Shown here: positions 8,885-19,800 of the stretch, in pieces
Numbering within the stretch: the stretch's first letter is position 1
Layout: each line of letters starts with the position of its first letter
NCBI GenBank assembly: GCA_944388895.1
Contig: CALXKR010000002.1
Location: forward strand, 1 to 35,058
Length of the DNA stretch: 35,058 nucleotides
Direction: 5' to 3'
Source: an uncultured Clostridia bacterium
GTDB taxonomy: Bacteria; Bacillota; Clostridia; TANB77; CAG-508
Translations under genes and position numbers: made by a program
The notes under the pieces: generated by a model
Told to the model about the DNA's origin: nothing
Seen by the model: the letters and a program-made list of their open reading frames with translations, nothing else
Database searches by the model: none

Positions 8885-8941
8885 GAGATTGCTATAATTA
8901 ATAATAAAATTCTTTAATTGCATTTAACTTTTCACTTGACG

Positions 8942-8970
8942 TAAAAATAAAAATGCCATCAAAGGCATTT
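8942..8970 (-). terminator. Rho-independent terminator after spoIIE
   Basis: Minus-strand AAATGCC-TTTGAT-GGCATTT followed by TTATTTTT. It starts at the spoIIE stop codon. Confidence 0.6.
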
Positions 8971-11414
8971 TATCTTTTTTTATTTACTTTAAAAGCTATT
9001 ACACTCATATCATCTTTTGCTTTTCCAAAGTCATTATCTATAGCTTCATGTAAAATAATATCTGCTATTTTTTCTGGGCTATCTGTTTGAATTTCTTCTA
9101 ATAGATATTTAATCCATAACTCTTTATTGGCATATTCTTTATTTGATTCTATAATACCATCACTGCAAATTACTACAATATCTCCATTTTCTAAATCTTT
9201 GTCATATGTATCTATATTTATTTCACTCATAATTCCTGTTGGTAAAGAGTTCGATTTTATTATTGTAACATTTTTGTTTCTCTTAACATATGTTGGACAA
9301 GCTCCATTTTTTAATATTTCCATTTTTCCGGCATATAAATCTAATATTTGTATATCAAGTGTTGCATACATTTCTTCTTTATTAGCATTCATAATTGCTG
9401 CATTAATTAGATTTATTGATGTTTCTTTATCAAATCCTGAGCTTAATAATCGTTCTAACATACTAATAGCAATTTTACTATTTTTACTTGCTTCTAAACC
9501 TGAGCCCATACCATCACTAATAGCAAGTAAATATTTTCCATCTGCTAATTTTATTTGAGAAATACTATCTCCTGAAACAATTGAGTCATCTTTTTTTGCT
9601 TTGGCTACGCCTACTTGTAGTAGATATTTATCATCAGATATATATGTATAACTACACATGTTTTTATTTAAACGTATTCCGCATTGTTGATCTTGTAAGA
9701 TAAATTTGTCATCCAATACTTTTGAAATAATTTTATCTATTTGTTTTACTGGACATTTTTGTCCATTTTCATTATCACAAATATTTGTATAAACAGTTGC
9801 TATTTTTCTTCCTGTGCTTTCTTCTTTTACGGATATATCATTTACAGCAATATCCCTTTCGTTTAATAATGATTTTATTTCATTTTTTTCTTGTTCAAAT
9901 TTATCTACATCCTCTTTTATTCCAGTTGCGATATTACTAATTGCTTTTGAAACATTTTGTAATTGTACAGAAACATTTTTGTTGTTTTCATCCATCTTTT
10001 TTTGCCATATAAAATTATTTTTACTAATTCTATATGCTGTATTAATAGCTTTTATCATTTCTCTAATTTCTTGTAGTTCTGCATCTTTTATACTTGGATT
10101 TTCTGAGTTTAGTAAATAGACATTATGTTTTGCAAATATACTTATTATTCCATTATCAGTCATAATTCCATTTTCTAACAAGTTTTGTAATATATCTTCT
10201 ATTATGTTTCCTTCATTGTTATATATATCATCATATAATATATTACCTTCTAAGCCATCTAAGCCATTTAAAAGCTCATCTTCAAATATTTCCAAATTAT
10301 TTTCATAAGAATCATTGTTTTGATAATTTTTAGCCATCTCAGATATAGTTTTAGATATGCTATTTAATTTAGTTAAAGTTTCTTCGCTTCCTTCTAAGTT
10401 TCTTCCTGCTGGTGGTAATAATTTTGTAGTTGGAATAATATCTTCAATTTTTATTTTGGTTTGTTTTGGAACAAATAATAGCCCTACTGATGCAATTAAT
10501 ATTTCTTGAAATAAAATGATATTTTCTAATCCACCATTTGAGGCATATGCTACTGCAATATTACCTAATATAAATCCTACTATTACACCAATTTTTCCAA
10601 ATTTATTAAGTAACCCTGCTATCATTCCTGATATAGCATAAGCAGCAATTAAAATTTCTTCTTCTCCACCAATAATACTTAAAACTACACCTACTGTAAT
10701 TCCACTAGTTGCACCTACTAGTATTCCATTTCTCCATCCTAAATATAAAACTAGAAAAATACAAATAATATTTCTTAATGAAAATGAAAATATAGTTATA
10801 TTTTGAAGTGCTGAAACTGCTATTGCAATTAATAAACTAGCTCCAATTACTTCTTCTACTGTAAAAACTTTTTTTATTCCGTACTCACTTATTACTGATA
10901 TTGAATTAACAAATATTTTGTAAAAAATATAGGTTGTAATACTTATCATTATAGCAGCTAATAAGTCATAAAAATAAAATCCAGTGAATAATATATATAC
11001 TAGTTGTACAGCAAATACAGAAAATGCTAGGTGCCCACCTATTTTTATTTTTTCATTACTCTCTTCTGCATTTCTTTTTGGTTTTGTTAAAACTACTAGT
11101 AAAAGTACTAATAATGAACTTACTACATACATTAACAATCCATTTATGCCAAATTTTATACTGGTTCCTATTAAACTTACTATATAAACCATTATTAATG
11201 GCAATCCTCTACTTATACTAGCTGCAACTAAAGCTAGTCCAAATGGAGCAATTATTGATTCTCCAAACCCTACCATTGAAATAAAAAGAGTTAATATGTA
11301 TACAAAGAAATTTTGTATAGTAAATATTTTTTTTAAAGCTCCTTGATAATTTTTTGTCTCTATTTCTTGTACGTTTTCATCAAATCCTAATTCTTTTGAA
11401 ATATTTTGTAACAT
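8970..11414 (-). CDS. spoIIE: Stage II sporulation protein E (membrane PP2C phosphatase)
   Basis: 814 aa. About ten N-terminal TM helices, then a PP2C domain (LLAISDGMGSG, IVVICSDGIIES, DDMSVIAFKV). Size and layout match SpoIIE. Confidence 0.9.
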   Translation of the reverse strand: MLQNISKELGFDENVQEIETKNYQGALKKIFTIQNFFVYILTLFISMVGFGESIIAPFGLALVAASISRGLPLIMVYIVSLIGTSIKFGINGLLMYVVSSLLVLLLVVLTKPKRNAEESNEKIKIGGHLAFSVFAVQLVYILFTGFYFYDLLAAIMISITTYIFYKIFVNSISVISEYGIKKVFTVEEVIGASLLIAIAVSALQNITIFSFSLRNIICIFLVLYLGWRNGILVGATSGITVGVVLSIIGGEEEILIAAYAISGMIAGLLNKFGKIGVIVGFILGNIAVAYASNGGLENIILFQEILIASVGLLFVPKQTKIKIEDIIPTTKLLPPAGRNLEGSEETLTKLNSISKTISEMAKNYQNNDSYENNLEIFEDELLNGLDGLEGNILYDDIYNNEGNIIEDILQNLLENGIMTDNGIISIFAKHNVYLLNSENPSIKDAELQEIREMIKAINTAYRISKNNFIWQKKMDENNKNVSVQLQNVSKAISNIATGIKEDVDKFEQEKNEIKSLLNERDIAVNDISVKEESTGRKIATVYTNICDNENGQKCPVKQIDKIISKVLDDKFILQDQQCGIRLNKNMCSYTYISDDKYLLQVGVAKAKKDDSIVSGDSISQIKLADGKYLLAISDGMGSGLEASKNSKIAISMLERLLSSGFDKETSINLINAAIMNANKEEMYATLDIQILDLYAGKMEILKNGACPTYVKRNKNVTIIKSNSLPTGIMSEINIDTYDKDLENGDIVVICSDGIIESNKEYANKELWIKYLLEEIQTDSPEKIADIILHEAIDNDFGKAKDDMSVIAFKVNKKR

Positions 11415-11450
11415 CCTTCACACCTCTTACCTTTTTTATTTAAGAACATT

Positions 11451-11481
11451 TTAATACTTGTCTATTAATTTTTTTGTCAAA
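11451..11481 (-). promoter_or_regulatory. Candidate spoIIE promoter with an overlapping Spo0A-box-like element
   Basis: Minus-strand TTGACA (11480-11475), 18 nt spacer, TATTAA (11456-11451), 37 nt before the ATG. Plus-strand TGTCAAA (11475-11481) differs at one position from the 0A-box TGTCGAA and overlaps the -35. Confidence 0.3.
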
Positions 11482-11572
11482 ATTAGTCCCTAAACTAAAA
11501 AAAGTATCATACATTTTGTGATATATTTTTACTTATTTTACCCCAAAATGCCTTAAATTTCAATATATTTGT

Positions 11573-11602
11573 AAAAAAAAGCAGACTAGATTTCTAGTCT
11601 AC
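11573..11602 (-). terminator. Rho-independent terminator after the giant-protein operon
   Basis: Minus-strand AGACTAGA-AA-TCTAGTCT palindrome followed by GC and a U8 tract, 10 nt after the stop at 11612. Confidence 0.65.
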
Positions 11603-11611
11603 TTTTTTATT

Positions 11612-14600
11612 TTATTTTTTTAGCACTTTTTTTCTAATTAAGATTACACTTCCTCCAATTAGAATTGCTATAGATAATCCTAAAATAATCCATAAAGTAT
11701 AATTTCTATTTGCACCTGTTGGTGGTAAAATTAATACTTGTTGTGAACTATCTGAGTCAACCTCTGTAGGTGTTACTAAATCTGCTTTTGTATAAATTCC
11801 TTGTTCTGGAATAGTTGGGTCTCCTGGTCCCTTACTTTGGTCTGCCATTGGTTGGTTACCAACTACAGAGAATTTTAATCTTCTACCTTTATCGTTTGAA
11901 ACTTGAACTATTTCAGATAAGTTATTATATACCATGCTATCATCACCACTGTCTGGTGTTAATGTTGAAGATAACATCATATGTGTTTCTGTGCTTGATT
12001 TTTCTAATCCAGTTTTTTCTGGATATAAAGCTTCATTTCCAAGAGCTTTTGTTGTAACAATTGCATTATAAGTATTTAATACAGTTTCATATTTTGAGTT
12101 TACTAAATCAGTATCATCTCCTGCAAGAGAACCATTATTATCACTCTTAATTAACTCTCCAACTGTTCTAATTGACCAATCTGTATTGTTACTATTTGTT
12201 GGTAAGAATTGTAGGTTATTAGATACATAATCTATAACTGTATCAGCTGTTGTTTTAGATATGTTGTTAGCTCCAGTATTATTTGTTTTTCCTGTATAGT
12301 AGAATTGATTGTCTAAATAATCTACTTCACCAATATTTGTAACTTTAAATGTATACATTAGCTCTATTCTAGCTCCATACATTAATTCTTCATCCATATA
12401 TGTTTGAATTAATTCTGGAACACTTTCTGAGTTTGGTCCTATAGTTACGCTTATTAATCTATAAGCTGGGCTACTGTTATTTGGAACACCTTGGTAAGTT
12501 TGACTATGTCCTGTATGTTTTGCATAAGGAAGGTTACTTACAGTTTTTCCTGTATCAAATAAAATTGTTCCATCTGCAAGTGTAATCTTTAAGTTAGATA
12601 CTTCCTTATTCATTTTTAATTGTGCTATAGGTCTTTCAGAAAGTCCTAAGTCAATATCTTCGATTACATAACTCATACCATTGTTTGCATCTTGTCCCTC
12701 TGTTCTCTTTTTGTTGTATTCTATTTCTGTATTAATTACACCGGTTTGAGAAACACCTGCTGTATTATCCATTAATTCTTTAATCATATTTACTTGTTCG
12801 TTTGCATCTTGCTTTGTACCTACTTTTAATCCAGAAACTAAAACCTCTGATCTATTGTTTTGAAGAGTTTGATGGTCTTCTGTATCTACTCCTGAAATTC
12901 CTTTTGAATAATTATCTGAGTTGTCTCTAATATTTTTTACATCTTTTGCATCAGAAATTCCAGATTTTGTAGCACTTTCACCAATGTCATAATAATACAT
13001 TACACTCTTATCTTTTCCATCTACATTTGATTCTCTTCTCCATACATAATCACTTGTTTTGTTATTTGGAGTTGTAATATTGTAGTTTTGTTTATCATAA
13101 TTTGTAAATCCATTTACCCCATTATATGATGTATTTTGGTTTACTCCGACTTGGTATGTTGTACTCTTATAATCTTGACCATTATATGATTTTGCATTTA
13201 ATCCGTTTGTTGAAATAAATCCTTTTTCTCCATTTACTTCTGCTGTAATTCCATTAGCATTTAATAAGTCAACAACTTCTTTTCCTTCACCATCTGAACT
13301 TGTTAATACAGTTTGTGTTGTATCTCCATATATAAATCTAATGAAGTAATCTCCAGCTGGAATTCCTTTAAATGCATATTGTCCATCTTCAGTTATTTCA
13401 TAACCTCCAATTGCAGTTGCACCTGGTCCAGTTATAATTGGTGATACAGTTCCTTTTTGTCCACTATAGTATCTTATGCTTCCTGAATCAGCTGTACTAT
13501 TTACATCTACCCAAGTTCCATTTTCATACTTTTTAGCATACCATACATATTCACCTAAATAATTTCCTGTTGGACGACCTGCATTATTTGGATCTACTTC
13601 TTGGATAAGTTCAACTAATTGTACAGTTACACCATTTATTTTTGTTTCATTAGAATCCCATACACCATTTCCTACTACAGCACTATCTGAAGCTTGATTT
13701 CTTTCATCTTCATATACATATCCTGTGAATGTTCTTTCTTCATTATCATTTTGAGGGAATACTAATTTAATATTTGGTGCTTTATCTGTATCATCCTCTG
13801 TTCTATTTGTAAGAGGGTTATCTGTTATTATTAAGTTTCCATTACTATCTAAGTCTTGAGAACTTAAGCTTCCAACGCTTGAATCCCTATCAATTGTACC
13901 TGCTGGTTTTCCACTTACATCTTTATCAATAGTATTATTGTTTCCATCTAAGTAATCTGGTATTTTAGCTGGGTTATTATTTCTATTTTCTTTATAGTAA
14001 GTTGCGTATCCATTGATTTCTGCTAAGTTACGTTTTCCTACTCCTTTTTCTTTTCCAGTTAATACATCTACATCCATTTGAACTCTTCCGTCCATGCCAT
14101 TTTCATCAACGTGAGTTTTTACTTTAAATGTCAAATAAATGTATGCCATTCCACCATTTGCACTTATTTTACTATTGCCATTATCATCAGTTATTCCTGA
14201 TAAATATAATGATTTATAATAATTTGTAAGAGTTGTATCAGCTTTTCCATTATTAAGAGTGCTGTTTGTACTTACATTTAAATTTGCTTTCTTTTCAGCA
14301 GCTCTATTTCCAACATAGGTATTTTCTTGAATAATTGGATTGTTTGCAATATATTCATATTCGTTTGAATCATAATAGTCAACTATTTCATTTATAACCG
14401 TATCATATGATTGTGATTGATTTCTAACTACAATTCTATATGTTACATATACTTGTAAATCTTTAGCATCTGTTCCACCATTTGCTCCATATATGCTTCC
14501 ATCATATAAATATTCAGATTTACGTATTTCTCTAGTATAATTGTGAGTTCCATTATATAAATAGTCTCCCACTCTTACAGTAATATTCCATGCCCCATCA

Positions 14601-16837
14601 TCATCAATGTTTGCATCTTTTTTATTATACATATATTCTTGAGTTTTACCATTTACAATAACAGTTGTTTTATATACGTCCTTTTGTAAAGCTAAGTCTG
14701 CAGTTTCCCTTAGATATAATCCAAAGTCTACATTTCTACTTTGATCTCTATAAGGTGTATATAAATTATCAAACCCAATAGTTGATCCACCTTGTGGATT
14801 ATTAACATCTAATAATGTAAATTTATTTTGTTCTGGATAATTTACTGTATATGAGCTTAGTAAACAATGGTTAATATATGTCCATATGCTATTTTGTTCA
14901 CTAGTTGGTACTCCTAATTTAGCTAGCTCATTTTTAAATGTACTTTCTATTTGTGCATATGTTTTTTCTGTAGTATTTATATTAGTATAAGTATTATCCA
15001 TTGTGTCTTGATTTGATGAATTATAGTTTCTATTTAGCACTGCAAGTTTTTGGAAAATGTCAAGTGCATCACAGAATCTAAAGCTTCCTGCATTATCTGC
15101 GGTATTTGCTTGTCCATTATTATATGAAATAAAGTTTCCATTTGAATCTTTAATCTTTTCATAATAACTATATGCTTTATACCAATTTCCATTTATTTGA
15201 TAATTGTTTGGAGATGAGCTTATATTTAAGAATTTATTATTAAAGCTTTCTCTTTCGTTATCTCTTTCTTTTGCAGTTGAATATCCACCGCTCAAATCAT
15301 TTTTATAATAAGTATCTTGATATACCATTCCATTATAAGTGAATTTTATATAATACTTATGTAATGGATTAAGCTTTTTAAATCCATAAGCTCCATTTGA
15401 GTCTGTAGTTGTACTTCCTACTAATTTGCCTGTATTAGCATCATAAAGTTCTACGCTAATTCCACCAAATTTAGATTCACTTCCTGAGTCAAATCTTCCA
15501 TTCATCTTGCTTTCTTTATTTAGGTCACTAATTTCTTGCCATACATATCCACCAATATACATGTCTATTCTTTGACCTTCAATAGAAGCAGACCAGCTTG
15601 ACCAATTTGGAGTACATCCGTAAACTCTAATCATCGGTTGAATATAGTTTGTTATTCCAGAAGCATTAGAATCACTAACAGTAAATGGATTTGTAGTTAC
15701 TAAATCAGTAAATTCTGCATCATCTAAGTCTGTATCGTTTTCATCAGAATGAGTTACAGTTCCAGAATAGTTGATTGGAATTTTCCATGATTTTCCTTCT
15801 TTAGTTGATACTACAGTAACATAACCATGAATATTTGTAAATTCCCAATGATCAAATACAGTTTCAGTTCCTACTTGAACATAAGCCCAATCCCATTTAT
15901 CAGTTTGTACTTCCTTCCATACCCAGTCATATACTGGGTCTTCACGTGTTATTCTACTTCTAGTAGAACCTTCATATGTATATGTTAAATTGTAAAAGTC
16001 TAAACTTTGAGGAAGATATTTGGTTGTAGATCCACTCATACTACCTATAAAATCTATTTGTATTGTAAGTTTTCCTGTATTACTAATATCTCCTCCATTA
16101 GAAGGATTAAATTCAATATAAAATGGAGTTTCGTTTACAAAGTCTGGAAATGGAATTTGTGATCCAGAAGATCCTATAAATTTAGCATTACCTCCATTTA
16201 TTCCACCAATTCCTGAAAATCTAGCAAATCTATTACCTTCTGAAAATCCTTGATTTCCACTTCCTACAATTTCGTTATATAGTATTTGCTTTGCCTCAGC
16301 ATCTCCGGCATTAGCTCTTAAATAATATGGTCCTACAGTATATGTACCACGGCTTTGATTTACCATTACTTTTAAATCACCTTTACTAAGTGTGAATAAA
16401 TTATTTCCTACTTGAGAAAATATTTTATAATATACTGTTCCATATTGATAAGATCTTGCTTCTACTGTATTTGAACTTCCTGCTGTACTTTGTGATGCTG
16501 CACTTGCTTCAAGAACATTAGATGAATTTCCCCATTGTCTTGAAGACCATACGACATTTTGTAGTCCTGGTCCATCTCCTGTTCCCATCCAAGCGGCATA
16601 CGCTGTAGATTGTTCTGGAGTTCCAACAGAACTTTCAGAAAAATTCATTGTTGTTTCTATTGTTCCATTTGCAGTAAATTTTAAAGCTTTACCCTGGTTC
16701 ATACATAAAATATCTGGGCTAATCATATATGCTTGTGGTTGATACCCAAAGCTAGCTGCTTGTACTTTTCCTTGAATTAGAAAAATTGCAATTATACTAA
16801 CAATTAAAATTAATATTTTCTTATATATTTTTGTCAT
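11612..16837 (-). CDS. 1741-aa LPXTG-anchored surface protein with two SdrD-B-like plus DUF11/Cna-like modules and an unrecognised N-terminal region
   Basis: Signal peptide MTKIYKKILILIVSIIAIFLIQGKVQA-AS. SdrD-B-like Ca-binding segments: GGYVWQEISDLNKESKMNGRFDSGSE...SVELYDANTGKLVGSTTTDSNGAYGFKKLNP and FTGYVYEDERNQASDSAVVGNGVWDSNETKINGVTVQL...DGQYAFKGIPAGDYFIRF. Each is followed by a D(F/L)GL...L(A/K)(L/M)xK beta-sandwich module. C-terminus is LPPTG (nt 11714-11728), a hydrophobic helix and RKKVLKK. RBS AAAGGAGGGG. Confidence 0.85.
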   Translation of the reverse strand: MTKIYKKILILIVSIIAIFLIQGKVQAASFGYQPQAYMISPDILCMNQGKALKFTANGTIETTMNFSESSVGTPEQSTAYAAWMGTGDGPGLQNVVWSSRQWGNSSNVLEASAASQSTAGSSNTVEARSYQYGTVYYKIFSQVGNNLFTLSKGDLKVMVNQSRGTYTVGPYYLRANAGDAEAKQILYNEIVGSGNQGFSEGNRFARFSGIGGINGGNAKFIGSSGSQIPFPDFVNETPFYIEFNPSNGGDISNTGKLTIQIDFIGSMSGSTTKYLPQSLDFYNLTYTYEGSTRSRITREDPVYDWVWKEVQTDKWDWAYVQVGTETVFDHWEFTNIHGYVTVVSTKEGKSWKIPINYSGTVTHSDENDTDLDDAEFTDLVTTNPFTVSDSNASGITNYIQPMIRVYGCTPNWSSWSASIEGQRIDMYIGGYVWQEISDLNKESKMNGRFDSGSESKFGGISVELYDANTGKLVGSTTTDSNGAYGFKKLNPLHKYYIKFTYNGMVYQDTYYKNDLSGGYSTAKERDNERESFNNKFLNISSSPNNYQINGNWYKAYSYYEKIKDSNGNFISYNNGQANTADNAGSFRFCDALDIFQKLAVLNRNYNSSNQDTMDNTYTNINTTEKTYAQIESTFKNELAKLGVPTSEQNSIWTYINHCLLSSYTVNYPEQNKFTLLDVNNPQGGSTIGFDNLYTPYRDQSRNVDFGLYLRETADLALQKDVYKTTVIVNGKTQEYMYNKKDANIDDDGAWNITVRVGDYLYNGTHNYTREIRKSEYLYDGSIYGANGGTDAKDLQVYVTYRIVVRNQSQSYDTVINEIVDYYDSNEYEYIANNPIIQENTYVGNRAAEKKANLNVSTNSTLNNGKADTTLTNYYKSLYLSGITDDNGNSKISANGGMAYIYLTFKVKTHVDENGMDGRVQMDVDVLTGKEKGVGKRNLAEINGYATYYKENRNNNPAKIPDYLDGNNNTIDKDVSGKPAGTIDRDSSVGSLSSQDLDSNGNLIITDNPLTNRTEDDTDKAPNIKLVFPQNDNEERTFTGYVYEDERNQASDSAVVGNGVWDSNETKINGVTVQLVELIQEVDPNNAGRPTGNYLGEYVWYAKKYENGTWVDVNSTADSGSIRYYSGQKGTVSPIITGPGATAIGGYEITEDGQYAFKGIPAGDYFIRFIYGDTTQTVLTSSDGEGKEVVDLLNANGITAEVNGEKGFISTNGLNAKSYNGQDYKSTTYQVGVNQNTSYNGVNGFTNYDKQNYNITTPNNKTSDYVWRRESNVDGKDKSVMYYYDIGESATKSGISDAKDVKNIRDNSDNYSKGISGVDTEDHQTLQNNRSEVLVSGLKVGTKQDANEQVNMIKELMDNTAGVSQTGVINTEIEYNKKRTEGQDANNGMSYVIEDIDLGLSERPIAQLKMNKEVSNLKITLADGTILFDTGKTVSNLPYAKHTGHSQTYQGVPNNSSPAYRLISVTIGPNSESVPELIQTYMDEELMYGARIELMYTFKVTNIGEVDYLDNQFYYTGKTNNTGANNISKTTADTVIDYVSNNLQFLPTNSNNTDWSIRTVGELIKSDNNGSLAGDDTDLVNSKYETVLNTYNAIVTTKALGNEALYPEKTGLEKSSTETHMMLSSTLTPDSGDDSMVYNNLSEIVQVSNDKGRRLKFSVVGNQPMADQSKGPGDPTIPEQGIYTKADLVTPTEVDSDSSQQVLILPPTGANRNYTLWIILGLSIAILIGGSVILIRKKVLKK

Positions 16838-16856
16838 ATATTCCCCTCCTTTCTTT

Positions 16857-19800
16857 TTATATTTTATTTAATATTCTTTTTTTGATAACATACACAGCTA
16901 AACCAATTATAGCTAGTACTCCTAAAGTAATACCTATAAAAGATGCAACTTCTTTACCAGTTCCTAATGTAATTAATAAGTCTGCATAAGATATATCATC
17001 TTCTCCATCTTGTTTATTTCCTGGAGTAGAATCTTGATCTTTCATTCCATATTCATTGTAATCTTTGCTTATTTCAACTTGATTATGTACTGTACCAGTA
17101 TTTTCTCCAGTCATTTTTCTAGTTAAAACTAAAGTTATATTTTTACTTTCACCTGGTTGAATAATTGTATTTGCTAAACTTGTATTATATGCATTTCCGT
17201 CATTTGCTAGATACCAGCTACCATTTAATTCTGAATTAAATTCCATTCCTTCTGGTAAATAATCAACAATTTCTTTTGCATATCCAGGAATTTCTCCTTC
17301 ATTTGTAATTACAATGTTATATTCAACAAGTACTGTTGTTGATTCAATGTAAGTATTATATAAACTTACTGCACCAAATTGTTTATTAACATCTTGAGTT
17401 ATTGTTTCAAGTTTTGGATTTGTAGCAGTTACTTTAGCTACAGTTTTATTAATACTTAAATCAAATTTCTTAACTTTGCTTAAACCTAAGTCAATGTAAT
17501 AAAAATTACTATTTTTTACAATTAAATTATCTGTTGCAGCAACTTGCTTTCCATCTAAAGTTGCATTAATAAAGTCTGAATTTTCTGTATCTGAACTTCC
17601 TTCAGCATGGTAAGTTGTTAGCATATAAATATTTGTATCATACTCAGCTACAACATTATATTTTCCTGGCTTTACATTATTGAAAGTATATTTGCCATCT
17701 TCTCCTGTTGTCATTACTAAATCATTTCCTGCTATATCCTTTGCTATATTTCCTTTATTAGCATCATATAACATTACTTTAATATTAGAAAGTTTTTGTT
17801 CACTTGAACTTCTTTTTCCGTTATTATCTTCATCTAACCAAACATTTCCTGTAATTTTATATGCTCCTTCTTCTGTAGGTTCATCTGTTCCTTCATCTGG
17901 ATTATATATTCCGGTTCCTTGAATAGTTAGCTTAACAGAATTTACTTCAACATCTGCACCATTTAATATTTTTAGTGTAGGTTTATTTTCTACAGTAATT
18001 TCCTTACCTTTTTCTATTGTATCTGCTTTTGCTTTTATTGTTGCTCTAGCGTTTTCTCCTGCTTTTAATGTAAAGTTTGTTCTAATAAATCCTGCTGTTG
18101 CATTAGCTACTTCATTTCCATTTACTACAAGCTTATAATCTTTAAGTTGTAATTCTTTTGGAAGTGTATCTTCTAATGTTAAAGATACATCTACATCTCC
18201 TCTATTTTCTATATCAATATAAAATTCAAGTTGATCTGTATCTAGCATTATACCGTCTGGAATATTAGTTAGTTGTTCAGCATATATATCTACTTTTGAT
18301 GAATAATATATAACAGAATTTGAAAATACTTCATTTCCTTCATCGCAAGTTCCACTTGCAACTACCTTAGCATCACTTGCCAAATCTCCAGTAACTTTAC
18401 CATAAAATTGCATATATACTGTTTCTCTTGAAGTTAATTTACCTACAGGATAACTAAGTATATTTTTTTCTTTGTCATAATATTCTTGATATTCAGTTCC
18501 TGAATATTCCATTCCTTGTGGGAATTTTAAGTTTAGAACAGTATTATTCTTTTCATCTCTATTTACATTTTTCATAAATATTCTAAAAGAAATTTGATCT
18601 CCAACAGATACCTTTCCCTCTTTATTAGCAATTAATTGTAAATTCAAAGTTCCTTTAGTATTTTTCATTACATATTCAAAATTTTGTTCTTCAGTTTGAT
18701 CAGAATCTAGTTTGAAAGTTGTAACTATTAAATGTTCTGTAGTTTCTTGACCTTCAACTTCTGAAATAATTTCTGTATTTCCAACATTAAACTCAATTTC
18801 TTTTTCTTCTCCAGGAGCTAATTTTTCTATTGTTTCAGTTTGCTCTTTAATATCATAATTTAGAACATATTCTCCTGGATCCCCAATAGATCCTTCTTCA
18901 TATACTAATGCAGCTAACTCTTCTGGCATTAGTTGTGTAACTTTGACATTTGTAGCTTCTTTATCTGATTCATTTTTTACTTTTACTTTAAACTTAATAT
19001 ATTGTCCTTCTGTAATATTTCCATTATTTGAAATAACTTCTCCAGTATTAAAATCATATGCTGTTATTTCTGATTTTACTTCTGGTTCTAATCCTGTTGT
19101 TATTCCAACAGGTGTAGCTCCAACTACGTTTTGCTTTTCTCCTTCTTCTGCATTATTATTGTAATAAATTGCAAAATTTGATTTAACTGTATTTTTATAT
19201 TGTAAATTAGCTGGAACTTTTACATTATAACTAAATGTAAATTCAGTTCCATTAGTTAATGTATTTGGTATTACTATTAAATATGATTTTGCATCTTCAC
19301 TATATTCTTGTGACCAAGCATTTTCTTCTTTTTGAAAATCTGAATCTGCATTTTCATTTGTTGAATAGAAAACAGGAGCATTTATTCCTTCTAATGATAT
19401 TTGGCTATTAAGTTTTGTATCAAAAGTACTTCCTAAGTCTTCACCAGTTGCAACATTTTTATTTCCCTTATATGGTATTCTTCCTAAAATTGCTACTCCA
19501 CTAGCATCAAATCCTAAATTATTAACTACTGTACCTGTAATTTTCATTGTTTTTTCTGAAGAATTAGCTACAATATTTCCAATGCTTTCTTTTCCTTCTT
19601 GTGAAGTAACTGTCTGGTCTTCATTATATCCGCTCATACTATTTGTAATAACAAATTCACTTGGTGCTACCACAGTAACTGGAGTTTCAACAGTATTTGT
19701 TGTTGCTTCTTTTTCTTGAGTAGCAGTATTGTTATTAGTATAGTTTAAGATAACATTTGATTCTTTATTTGGTGCTAAATTATCTAAAGTTAAATCTGTA

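Noticed and set aside
7641-8897. Three plus-strand ORFs (7641-7868, 7813-8001, 8607-8897) antisense to the WG-repeat gene
   Set aside because: Low-complexity F/L/H/Y/S strings mirror the repeat gene on the other strand. There are no start context signals.
9127-11221. Four plus-strand ORFs antisense to spoIIE (9127-9558, 9814-10119, 10984-11187, 11024-11221)
   Set aside because: All lie inside the strongly supported spoIIE frame. Their composition is typical of antisense frames, and two of them overlap each other.
16588-16614. EQSTAYAAW in the 1741-aa protein as an alternative thioester Gln motif
   Set aside because: The spacing between Gln and Trp (Q-x6-W) does not fit Q-x-A-(I/V)-W. The nearby LQNVVW fits better and is reported separately as a low-confidence idea.
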